Origin: Hypanus sabinus
Lineage: Eukaryota
Length of the DNA stretch: 64,000 nt
Direction: 5' to 3'
Assembly: GCF_030144855.1 (NCBI RefSeq)
Contig: NC_082708.1
Span: 127,286,001 to 127,350,000 of the forward strand
The position numbers and the translations under genes are program-made. Positions 38,846 through 50,603 of this stretch are shown here, one piece after another. A model generated the notes under the pieces. It was not told the DNA's origin, made no database searches, and was given only the letters and a program-made list of their open reading frames with translations. The stretch's first letter is position 1. The number at the start of each line of letters is the position of its first letter.

Positions 38846-38994
38846 TATGTGAGGGCCATTCTGATTAAATTTCAGATGGGAAGTTAAAGGTGAATTAAGA
38901 GAAAAAGAGTGCATGAAATAAGACCAGAAGCAAACAAAAATAGGGCACTCTAAAATATTCCATAAATATGTGAATAGTAAAAGGAAATTTAAAA

Positions 38995-39192
38995 AACACT
39001 GATGCTGGAAATCTGAAATTTTAAAAAAAGAAAATGCTGCAAACACTCAGCAAGCCAGGCAGCATCTAGAGTAAGGGAAACCAACATTAACATTCAGACC
39101 TGATAAAGGATCCTGGACCTGAAACTTTAACTTTATTTCTTGTTCTGCAGATGTTGCCTGTCCTGCTGAATGTTTTCAGCATTTTCTGCTTT
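38995..39192. mobile_element. Palindromic Penelope-terminus unit
   Basis: agaaaatgctgcaaacactcagcaagccaggcagcatct is inverted to agatgttgcctgtcctgctgaatgttttcagcattttct; central ctgataaagg…cctgaaac. Confidence 0.8.
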
Positions 39193-39681
39193 ATGGAAGA
39201 GTTTGTAAGAAGACAGGCGGAGGTGGTCAGAGAGCAAACAGCTGATTTATTTACAGAGGGAGAGGGCAAGGCTGACATAGTAGAGGAGCACTACCTTGGT
39301 CTGCACAAGAGAGAAGACGTTGCTGAAAGCGCAGCGCATGAAGCTGACAAAAGATGAACCACAGATTAATAACAGATAAAATGGAAAAACTGAAAAGACC
39401 AGCTTCACTGAATAATCTCCTAGTCCAGAGCAGATGATGAGAAATAGGCTAAATATTGTAGAAATCCTGGCCTCATCTTCCAAATACCTAAAGATTCTAA
39501 GTGATGCCTTATAAATGGAAAAATGAAAATATTACACACTTGTACAAAAATCTTTGGTGTCAGGATTAACTCAAGAGCACAGAACAGCCACTTTGAAGTT
39601 CTAGAAATAATGAAGAGGTGTATACATTGAAAACATCTAGATAAATGTGGAGTTATTAGAGAAAGCCAGCAAACATTGGTT

Positions 39682-41410
39682 AAACATAAGGGATTCTGCA
39701 GATGCTGGAAATCCAGTGCAACACATGGAAAATACTGGAGGACCTCAGCAGGTGGAGCAGAATAAGCAATGTCATTTTGGGGTGAGACATTATCAGGACT
39801 GGAAAGGAAGAGGGAAGAAGCCAGATAAGAAGGTCGGGGGAGGGGAAGGAGGATAAGCTCATAGTTGAGAGGTGAAACCAGGTGAAAGGGAAGGGGGCAG
39901 GAGATGAAATGAGAAGGGGGTGGTGATAGCTGGAAGAGATCATAAACTGTAGAAAAGGGCATCTGATGGGACTGGAGAGTCAATAATGGGAGAAGGGGAA
40001 GGAGGAAGGGTACCAGCTGGAACTGATGAGCAGGTGAGGAAAAGGGAAGGGATGAGAAGGGAACCAGAATGGGGAATTGAAACAGAGTAAAGAGGAGAGG
40101 CTTGAAATTACTGGAAGTTGGAGAAATCAATGGTCTCGTTCTCAGGTTGGAGGCTGTGCAGATAGAACATGAGGTGTTGCTCTTCCAACCTGAAAGCAGC
40201 CTCATTGAGGCAGTAGAGGAAGCCATGGACAGACATGCCGGCATGGGAATGCAAGGTAGAATTATAATGAGAGTCCATGGGGAAATTACGCCTGTTGTGG
40301 CAGATGGAGTGAGGATGCTCATTGAGATGGTCCCACTATCTATGTCATGTCTTACCAACATAGAGTAGACCACACCAGGGTAGAGTAGACAACACTGACA
40401 GACACGGGTGAAGTGCTGCCTCATCTGTTTGACGCCCCAAATAATGGTGAAGGAAGAGGTAAAGGGGCAGGTGCAACATCTGTCTTTCATGCAGGGAAAA
40501 GGGCTAGGAGGGAGATAACTGGGGAGGGATAAGTGGACAGGGAGGTCACAGAGACAGGGATTCCTCTGGAAAATGGAGATTGGTAGGGAAGGGCAGAAAA
40601 GATGTGCTTAGTGGTAAGCTCCCTTTGAAAATGGTGGAAGTTGCAGAGAGTAATGTGCATAGGCTCATGGGTAGTAGGTAAGGAGAAGGTGAACTTTATC
40701 TCTGTTATGGTGACAGGAAGATGAGGTGAGGGTGGGTATCCAGAAAATGGAGGATACGTGGGTGAGGGCAGTATCAAAGGTAGAGGAACGGAAACCATTT
40801 TTTTTTAGGAAGCAGAACATTTTAAATTTTCTGGGATGGAAAGCCTCATTTTGAACAGATGCAGCAGACATGGAGGAACTAAGAAAAGGGAATAATATTT
40901 TTACAAGTGACAGGTTGGGAAAGAGGTGTAGTCCAGATAGCTGTGAGAATCAGCAGGTTTATAAAAAGCATCTGTAGATCAAGACAGGGAAGAGAGTTGT
41001 CACAGATGAATGAAATAAATTTAAGGGCAGGATGGAAGTTGGAGGCAAAGCTGATGAAATTTATAAACTGAGCAAGGATGCAGAAGCAGCTCCATTGCAG
41101 TCATTAATGTAGTGCAGAAAAAAGATGGGGGGCATTACTAGTGTAGGCTTGAAACATGGATTGTTTCATGTAGCTGATGAAAAGGCAGGCATAGCTGCAG
41201 CCCATGAGAGTGCCCATGGCGACACCTTGGAGTTGGAGAAAATGATAGGAGCTGACTGAGAAATTGTTGAGTGTTAGGACCAGTTCCACCAGAAGGAAGA
41301 AGATGGTGGTGGAGGGGAACTAGTTAGGTCTGTTGTCTAGAAAGAGCTTTAAGGAAATTAAACAGAGAATTTTAAGGCCTTCTTAATGGGGCTGGGCATC
41401 CATAGACTAC
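39682..41410 (-). pseudogene. Penelope-like element relic (RT + GIY-YIG + terminus)
   Basis: ELVLTLNNFS..HFLQLQGVAMGTLMGCSYACLF; CCTCPFTSSFTII..KQMRQHFT. Confidence 0.92.
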
Positions 41411-41429
41411 ATATGTCAAAAGGCAAATC

Positions 41430-42090
41430 TTTGAATTAAATTGAATTGAATTGACTTTATTTCTTACATCCTTCACATACATGAGGAGTAAAAATCATTA
41501 CGTTACGTCCGAGTCTAAATGTGTAATGTGCAATCATGGTAATTTATAATAAATAGAATGGTCAATGTAACATAGAAATGCACTCAAATCAGCATAAGAT
41601 AATCAGATCTGATGGCCTGAAGGAAGAAGCTGTCCCAGAGCCTGTTGGTCCTGGCTTTTATACTGCGGTACCGTCTCCCGGATGGTAACAGCTGGAATAG
41701 ATTGTGGTTGGGGTGACTCAGGTCCCCAATGATCCTTCAGGCCCCTTTCTCATACCTGTCTTTGTGAATGTCATGAATCATGGGAAGTTCACAACTACAG
41801 ATGCGTAGGGCTGTCCGCACATCTCTTCTGCAGAATCCTGCAGAAGAGAGGTACAGTTCTCATACCAGATAGTAGTGCAGCTAGTCAGGATGCTCTCAAT
41901 TGTGCCCCTATAGAAAATTCATAGAATCTGGGGCCCATACCAAACTTCCTGAACCATCTGAGGTGAAAGAGGCGCTGTTGTGCACAGACCACATGAAGTC
42001 CTTGGTGATGTGGATGCCGAGGAACTTAAAGCTGTTTACCTCTCAACCCCAGATCCATTGATGTCAATAGGGGTTACCCGTCTCTATTCT
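41430..42090 (-). mobile_element. Rex1/Babar LINE 3' end
   Basis: Minus-strand FKFLGIHITKDFMW..QQRLFHLR; (CAATT)n tail. Confidence 0.85.
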
Positions 42091-42129
42091 TTGCTTTGCC
42101 TTACATGATAAGTTCTTTTCCCCTTTCTT

Positions 42130-42700
42130 CAAATAACAGAATTCATCGATAAAGGAAATTCAGTAATGAAGCTATGTATGGACTTCCCAAAGCCCTCTGA
42201 TATGGTATGATTTAAAAAGGTTTGTCATCATGATTCACAGACATTTTAGAAAAGGTTCTGTAGCAGCATGGATAGAAAATTGGATAAATAACTGTAAGCA
42301 GACATTAAAAGTGAAAGATTTTTCTATTGACTGCAGCAAAGCATACAGCAGAATTCTCCTGGAGTTGCTAATAGAACCATTTGTTTTTCTAATGTACATT
42401 AATGATGCGCAGGAAACTTGCTCAGATTTGTAGATAGACAGTGAACTGTGAAGATGATATTACTAGACATCAAGCATATACAGATTTATTAGTCAAATGG
42501 ATGGAAATATTGCAGATGCAATTCATTTCTAAGAAATGTGAAATATAAATTTTAGAAAAAGTATGAGAAAAAAGGCAGTAAATAAGAGGAGACCATTCTA
42601 AAAGGAGTACAAGGTTGGAGAAATCTGGTAATAAATGCACACATTTCTTTGAAGGTGGCAGCTCAGATTGACAAATTACAAATTACTTGAAGAATATATG
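42130..42700 (+). mobile_element. Old CR1 RT fragment
   Basis: MYMDFPKAS; AAWIENWINN..LIEPFVFLMYIND. Confidence 0.75.
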
Positions 42701-42782
42701 ATAGCCATAAGGCCATAAAGTATTGAAGCAGAATTAGGCCATTTGGCCTATGGAGTCTGATCCATCATTCGATCATGACTAA

Positions 42783-43665
42783 TTCAGAGATTCTAAGTAC
42801 ATTTATTATCAAATAATGTGTAAATTATAGACCTTAAGATTTGTTTGCTTGCAGGCAGCCTCAAAGCAAGAAACCTGATTAATCTAATTTAAAAAAGCAA
42901 TGACCATAACCGCAGTACTGAGAAAGAAAAAAAAACACCCACACACATCATGCAAACAACAAGAGCAAACGATAGCATTCCGAATCAAACTGAGTCCTTA
43001 GGTTTGCTCCCCTGGACAGCCAGAGTAGGCCCAAGCCTCGATCTCAGTTCATCATATCAGCTCGGCAAAAACACCATGAAACTCACAGAGACCACAGCTG
43101 CCAAAGCAGTTCACTGCTTTGGCGGCATGGAGAAAGGAATAAACATCATGAGAGAGTGCGCAACATCAGCCTGACCCTCACCTCCAGTCCTGACACTCAG
43201 GCTTTTCAGTCTATCTGGACCGACGTTTGAATTGTCCAAGCACTGGGTGGTGCCTTACTCTGGAACCTGGATCCTGGCACAGTGACTCACCTGGACCCCA
43301 CAGCCCAAAGCCTGGCTCAGCACCTGCATCAATCCATCCTCACAACTGAGTCAGGTGGACAGGCATCGAAACACTTCCACATCGACACCCTCTTCAAATC
43401 GTTCACTCCTGCAGTGATTGCAATACCAACTCTGTCTGCAACCCTGTTTGAACACATTGCGCTTCAATTTTGCGATACACCAACATGGCTCGTCCTTTGA
43501 ATCAGCTTCACCTCCACTTGCTTCTTCATTGTTTGTGGTGATAGATGATCACGATTTTCTTCAGAAAAAGAGTTACTAGTGATGTTTTAGTTGTATTTTT
43601 TGCATTCTGAACTACCAGTAAACTGATACACATTTTCAGCAGCATTAACTTAAACTAGAAGATAT
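42783..43665 (-). mobile_element. Non-autonomous SINE-like element with Rex1/Babar 3' UTR and non-coding body
   Basis: Rex-type 3' end (aataaatgtactt) at 42790-42990; ~650-bp unrelated body; interrupts a CR1 3' UTR. Confidence 0.6.
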
Positions 43666-44361
43666 TTTATTATGGCTCATTTTATAATTTCATAATTCAT
43701 TATCCCTCACAACCCCATTTTCCTGCCTTCTCCCCATAATCTTTGCACACTTGCTAATCAGGAAAAAATCAACCTCTGCTTTAAATATACCCGATAACTT
43801 GGCCTCCACAGCCATCTTTGGCAATGAATTCCATAGATTCACCACCTCGTGGCTAAAGAAATTTCTCGTTATCTCTGATCTAAAGGGACATCTTTCTATT
43901 CTGAGGCTGTCTTTGACAATTCACCTTCCAAAATACTCCCATAAACTGCAGCCATTGCTGTTCTTCCATCATCCCTGCTAGCGTCCCCTTCCAAGGAGCA
44001 TTGGCCATCTCCTCTCGCATGCCTCTGTAATTCCCCTTACTCAACAGTAGTACTGATATGTCTGATGTTAGCTTCTCCTTCTCAAATTGTTGAGTGAATT
44101 CAGTCATATTATAATCACTGTCTCCTAAGGTTTCCAAGCTCTCCAATTAAATCTGGTTCATTACACAATACTCAAACTGGAATTGTCTTTTTTCCCTAGT
44201 TGGTTTAAACCACAAGCTACTCTAAATGCTATATCATAATTATTCTATAAATACTTCCTCTTGGTATCCAGCATCTACCTGATTTTCCTAATCTACCTGC
44301 ATATTGAAATCATCCCATGACTATCATAACTACCCTTTTTACATGCCTTTTATATCTTCAG

Positions 44362-44528
44362 TTTAAATATTTACCCATATCCTCACAACTGTTTGGATGT
44401 TTGTTTATAATGCCAATCAATGTCTTTTTACCCTTGCATTTTTTTAAATATTTACCCATATCCTCACAACTGTTTGGATGTTTGTTTATAATGCCAATCA
44501 GTGTCTTTTTACCCTTGCATTTTTTTAA
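44362..44528. repeat. 81-bp tandem duplication (2 copies, 1 mismatch)
   Basis: Units start at 44362 and 44443; TTTAA microhomology at the junctions. Confidence 0.95.
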
Positions 44529-44661
44529 CTCTACCCTGGAAAGGATTCTACAACTTCTGACCCTATGTGACTTCTTTTTAAGGATTTGATTTCATTTCTA
44601 ACAATAACTTTTCTAAGACGTTGTACCTCCCTACCCTGGTACTTAGTTTAAAGACCTATCC

Positions 44662-44840
44662 TTGAGGCCCTCCATTGGTCAGGGGTGAACCATGGATAAT
44701 GTGTCCCAGCTCTCTAAGTGATACACAAGGTAGGGCAGCATGGTGCGGAGAGCAAGCTGTGGCTCACGTAGCAGACTCCCCTTCTCCACACGGCTGATGA
44801 ATCCGGAGGAATGGCAGACACTGATACAGTTTGGTGTCAT
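44662..44840 (-). mobile_element. RTE-related SINE/non-autonomous 3' fragment
   Basis: ctcccttctccacacggctgatgaatcc…gatacagtttggtg resembles the module at 32026-32152 and 21997-22115. Confidence 0.6.
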
Positions 44841-45299
44841 ATCAAAACAGTTCTCTCCTTCCCCAGTACTGGTGCCAGTTCCCACAAACTCTAACCCATA
44901 TCTCCTATATTTTGTAGATAATATAGACGATCAGAGAAAATGTGATAAAAATTGGTTTACTTGTCACCTCATCAGTTGGGATTTGAAACAGTATGCTAGG
45001 GGTAGCCATGTCAATTGTATCACACAAAAGAGAGTTCAATGAATACCTGAAAGAACTTGAGTGAAAGTCTAGGTGGATAACATTGCTCTCACATGTAACT
45101 GATACAGCCTGGACAGGTCAAGTGATTAGCATTCTGTGATTTTATGAAGCTGCCTGCAATCCTTCTCTATGAAAAAATTGAGATTATTAATGACGTCCTT
45201 TTTACCCACTTGAGGAGTTGGAGCTGGAAGTTAGGGTAAGAAGAGGCCGATTTGGAGTGAGGAGCAGGGTAAAGAAGGGATTGCATTTATTTCTGTGTC

Positions 45300-45602
45300 T
45301 TATTTATTTATTTGTTTGTCCATTTGTTTGTTTATTTAGCGATGCTGTGCAGAGTAGACCTTTCTGGCCCTTTCCCCATGTCGTCCGAGTAACCCCACAA
45401 CCCCTGTTAACTCAAAGTTAGTCACAGGACTATTTACAATGACAAATTAACCTACCCAGTACGTCTTTGGACTGTGGGAGGAAAGAAGAGCACCCAGGGA
45501 AAATCCATGCGTTCCACAGGGAGAACGTACAAAACTCCTCACAGAACGATGATGGAACTGAACTTCGAATTGCAGAATGCCCGGCTACATTACTGTGGCG
45601 CT
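45300..45602 (-). mobile_element. HE1-like V-SINE
   Basis: acgtctttggactgtgggaggaaa…ggagaacgtacaaaactcc (rc V-domain); (TAAA)n tail. Confidence 0.85.
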
Positions 45603-46924
45603 TCCAAGGTGACCATTATTTAGAAGGCAAAATTGATGACCTGCACAATAAAACATCATGCCTTCTTCTAGAATATGTGATTGCTGATCACTATTCTTCG
45701 TACAGTAAGGGAGTGACTGTCTTTGCTGCCCATAAATAGCTCAGGGTTCAGCTGTGGAGTATGGAATGCCTTGTGATTGGGGTATAATCCTGTACTTTCA
45801 GTTTATTAGATCCATTCTGCTTTTCCTAGAAAAAGGAATTGAATTCTTGTCTCCTTAATGGGAAGCATCCATGACATCCCACACACAACAGTCTGTGAAA
45901 TTTGGTCTAAATCAGGCATTTATACTGACAAGAGATGTTCACACTGATACAAGCTTGGAGCTGTCCTTTTCAATTCCTGTCTTTAGAATAACTTTTCCTC
46001 CTTCAATGGCTGTTTGGTTAGATTTAGAAACAGGGCACCATGCACTCTAATGCAGATAATTTTGCCTCGTAATTAGCTATTCTTGCTTTCCAACCTTCTC
46101 CTGCTCTGGTCATGCTGTGGATTGATGGGGCTCCCTCTTCAAGCATTGCTGAAGTCCGACAGCTCACGGATCGCAGTACTCATCTAGGTTTGTCTCATAG
46201 GCTCCATGAGCATTTTCCTGGCCCATGAAATGAAATCTGCTCACGTGCGAAAAGCTTCCCAACCAAACCTGCATGTGACTGATTATCCCTTTAAATATCT
46301 TATGGCATATTCATTTCACTTCTTAAGATCCGCTGTAAATCTGTATTGAAGGCTAATTATGGTTCTGTGATTCGGATACCTGGAGAAGCAGCCATTTGAG
46401 TAATAGATCTGCTCTGATATAACTCATGTGCACGTTACTTGTTCTAAGCGTAGCTGAGCCACATCCAAGGAGAAAAATTAATCTAAGGTTGAGAAACTTG
46501 CTATGAAGACTATAAAGTTTTGATCACATTTTGCATGCAATTTTATGCTCCCATTTATTTGAGACATCAATATATTACACATGGCAAGTGATTTAAATTC
46601 TGCACTACAGCCCTTTAAATATTGGAATAGCTCAGGAGCTTGAACCTGCCTGTAGGAAACACTGCATTTCAGAGCAGGAATAGAAGAAGTTGCAGAGCAC
46701 AGTCGACTCTATGTAGTATATCCTGGGCACATTCCTCACCACGTTTATAGGATCCATATGTGGTGCTGCTGCAAGGAGGCAACATCTATCATCAAGGTTC
46801 ATCATCATCCAGGCAAAGCCATATTTTCACAGCTACCATCAGGTGTAGATGCCTGAAATTCTGCACCATTAGGTTCAAGAACAGTTACTTTCAGTTTTTA
46901 AACCTGCCATCACAAAGCTAATCA

Positions 46925-47960
46925 CAAACAAGACAAGATGCTGGAAATCCAAGCAACATTCACAATATGCTGGAGGAAGTCAGCAGGCCAGGCAGCATCT
47001 GTGGACAGAAGTACAGTCAAGAATTGGGGTTGAAACCCTTCATCAAGACTGGAAAAACAAGATGGGAGTCAGAGTAAGAAAGTGGGGTGGGGGGGGGGAG
47101 TGGAGGAAGAACCACAAGGCGATGGGTGAAACTGTGAGGGGGATGGGTGAAGTAAAGAGCTGGGAAGCTGATTGGTGAAAGTAATACAGGGCTGGAGAAG
47201 GGGATAGACAGGATAGATTACCCTGAAAGATAGAAAAGGGGGAGGAGCACCAGAAGAAGTTGATAGGCAGGGAAGGCGAGGGAGGGAAATGGGAATGGGG
47301 AATGGTGAAGGAAGGAGGGAAAAGGGCATTACCAGAAATTCGAGAGATTGATGTTCATGCCATCAGGTTGGAGGCTACCCAGATGGAATATAAGGTGTTG
47401 CTCTTCCAACCTGACTGTGGCCTCATTGGGACAGTAGAGGAGGCCATGGAATGACATATAGGAATGGGAAGTGGAATTAAAATGGATGGACACTGGGAGA
47501 TCCTACTTTTCTGGGTGGACAGAACATAGGTGAAGAGATTTCCCAATCTGTTTTGGGTCGCATCAACATACAGGAGGCAACACCAGGGGCACCAGATACA
47601 GTAGATGACCCCAACAAACTCACAGGTGAAGTGTCACCTCCCCTGGAAGGACTGTTTGGGACCCTGAATTGTAGAGAGGGAGGAGGTGTAGGGGCAAGTG
47701 TAGAACTTGTTCCACTTGCAAGGGTAAGTATCAGAAGGGAGATCAGTGGCAAGGGATGAATGGACAAGGGAGTTTGGTAGGGAGTGATCCCTACAGAAAG
47801 CAGAAAGTGGGGGGGGGGAGGGAAAGATTTGCTTGGTGGTGGGGTGGTGGGATCCCACTGGAGATGGGGGAAGTTACGGAGAATTATGTGCTGGATGTGG
47901 AGGCTGGGGGGAGTGTTAGCTAAGGACAAGAGGAACCCTATCCCTAGTGGGGAGGCAGTA
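46925..47960 (-). mobile_element. Penelope-like element 3' part (GIY-YIG)
   Basis: TYPCKWNKFYTCPYTSSLSTIQGPKQSFQ; terminal motif at 46930-47055. Confidence 0.9.
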
Positions 47961-48814
47961 AGAAGAGTGGATGCTAATCACTACAGCTCACCAACAATTT
48001 GATCACTTTGAACACTTTGTGCCAAAATAATTTTCTTTTTTCTTATAATAGTTGTGTTGGTAGCTCTTTTGTGAATACTGCTTATATGACGCTATGTGTC
48101 TGTAATGCTGCTGCAGGTAAGCTTTTCATTGCACCTGTGTACTTGTGCTATGACAATCAACTTGACTTTGACTTCGAAGATGTAGATTATTTCTAGTTAG
48201 ATGGTATACACCTGTCACTATATGGACATTGCAACCTATGAAAGCAAGGCAATTATATGCAACATAACGTCAGGCTTGAACAGGCAGGAATCTCCCAGTC
48301 TCCACCCAACTAACAGGAGACAGTTGCCTCTCATTTTCAACTCATCACCTGCAGCCTATTTAAACCCAGCTCTCATCCATAATCCTTGTTCACTCATATG
48401 AACTAGACAGCCTCAACCTGTTACCTAAGGTGGTTGGTACTTGTTTCATGGCCCCTTGTGGCTTATAATTTTGCAGTTTATTAATAAACTTATCCTCACC
48501 ACTGAATCATCTCCACTGCTCTGCTTTTGGGTCAATTTATTGATAGGATGAGTGAATCAATGATTGCCCCAGCAGAGCATACTTCGGTAATGCTTCACTA
48601 CCTCTAACCCTTTGAAAGGGAAGAAGTACCTCCTCTGGGATGAGCAAAGTACACACCTCCCCTGCCACAGACATTTCACCTTCAAAGTGCTTCATCAATA
48701 CCAAACCCTATTGTTCCCCATGAAGAAGCTAATAGAAGAAGTTTGGTTCACCATGGCCCTATATCACCACTGCCAAAAAATCTTGGAAGTGGACATGGAG
48801 GGACATCCTAGCTG

Positions 48815-50603
48815 CCAACATCATGGAGGTCATTCTGACAGGCCGCATCACCGTCTGGTATTGGGAGGGGGGACCGAAAGAAGCTGCAGAGGGTTGTAAA
48901 TCTAGTCAGCTCCATCTTGGGTACTAGCCTACCAAATACCCAGGACATCTTCGGGGTGCGGTGTCTCAGAAAGGCCGCGTCCATTATTAAGAACCTCCAG
49001 CATCTAGGGCATACCCTTTTGTCACTGTTACCATCAGGTAGGAGGTACAGCAGCCTGAAGGTACACTCTCAGTGACAGAGGAACAGCTTCTTCTCCTCTG
49101 CCATCCAATTCCTAAATGAACATTGAAACTTTGGACACTACCTCACTTTTTAATTATACATTATTTCAGTTTTTTTGCAAGATTTTTAATCTATTCAATA
49201 TATGTATACTGTAATTGGTTTACTTATTTATTTATTATTATTATTTATTTTATTTATTTTGTTTTTTTCTTCTAGATTTAAATCTCTACTCGGTTATTAA
49301 ACAATCTCTATGGATTTGGATGCAGTTTCGGAGTTTTTAAAATTTTAAACAATTTAAGTTGGCTAGTTTTTTATATCAAAACTTTTCATTTAAATCTTCA
49401 ATAACTGACCCCATTTTTCTCCTATGGAGAAATAAAGGGATCCGTTCTTTTACAGATTTATTTTGTGATGGTCGATTGATGACTTTTGAAGAATTAATTA
49501 ACAAATACTCTCTCGCTCATACACATTTTTTTGAAGTATTTTCAGGTTAGACATTTTTTACAACAATATTTACCTAAGTTTCCATATTTACAAGAATCTG
49601 ATTTGTTAGATACCATTTTGAAGTTGAATCCTTTAGTGAGAAGTTCCATTAGCAGAATTTATAATTTATTTTTGTTAAGATTGGGAGAGAGAACTTAATA
49701 TGACCTTTGTTAATGGCTTCAAATTTTGAAAAATTTCCTAGTACAGACAACTACTGTGATAGATGTAAAACTGAAGTAGCTACTTTGTCACATATGTTCT
49801 GGTCATGTTCTTCATTAAAATTGTTTTGGAAATCTTTATTTTCTACAATTTCTAAAGCTCTGAAAATTAATTTACAACCTAACAGATTGACTGTTCTATT
49901 TGGAACAGTTCCACATCATATTCAGGGTATTTCATCTTCAGATCAACATGTAATTGCATTTATTACACTACTGGCAAGAAAGGCTATTCTATTAAAATGG
50001 AAAGGTATCTCTTCCCCTACGTCAATTGAATGGTTTTCTCAAGTAATGTTATGACTCAGTTTGGAAAAAATTGGAAGTAGAACTTTTGAACCCTGATTTG
50101 ATTTTGAGAGAAGATGGGGTTCTTTTGCTAAATATTACCATTTAATTTGAATTATTCTATATGTTTTCCTTCCAATTTTATTTAATTAAAAAAACATGAA
50201 TTGGCAGTTTATGACTCTTTTTCTTTATATACTTAGATGATGGTTAAACATATTACTTCCTAATGGTTGATTCCTAATGGGTTTTTATTCCTTTTTTTTT
50301 GTAGTTAGTGTGTTCTTTTTTCTTAGTTAGATGGGGTTCTTTTTGTTTCCTTCTTTTTCCTATATATAATTTTTTTCCATTTTTATATATTATGATCAGC
50401 TTTTTTTTCTTCAGCTCTATTAATTGTACACATATTAATTTTTTGAAGTTTTGTATTATTCTATAGCTGCAGAAGATTATGTACCAATAAAAAGATTTTA
50501 AAAATGAAAAGGTTATGTATTGCATTGAACTGTTGCTGCTAAGTTAAATACATTTCATGACACATGCCAGTAATAATAAACCTGATTCTGATTCTGATTC
50601 TGA
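48815..50603 (+). mobile_element. Rex1/Babar 3' end nested in the Gypsy, itself split by an L1
   Basis: ILTGRITVWY…LLPSGRRYSSLK; 3' UTR resumes at 50511 and ends in (GATTCT)n. Confidence 0.88.
49279..50510 (+). pseudogene. L1-clade LINE ORF2 3' relic with T-rich 3' UTR
   Basis: CDRCKTEVATLSHMFWSC (CCHC), ARKAILLKWK; AATAAA at 50486 plus A-rich tail. Confidence 0.92.

Larger units (their letters stand above)
42705..44660 (-). mobile_element. CR1 (3' tail joined to endonuclease region by internal deletion), split by an insertion at ~42783-43665
   Basis: cataaggccataaag…gcagaattaggccatttggcc CR1 tail; LGDSDYNMTEF..KGNYRGMREEMA. Confidence 0.85.

Noticed and set aside
39420-40490. 356-aa ORF
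   Set aside because: Mostly off-frame read-through of a Penelope 3' region and pyrimidine-rich tract into old CR1 sequence; not a gene.
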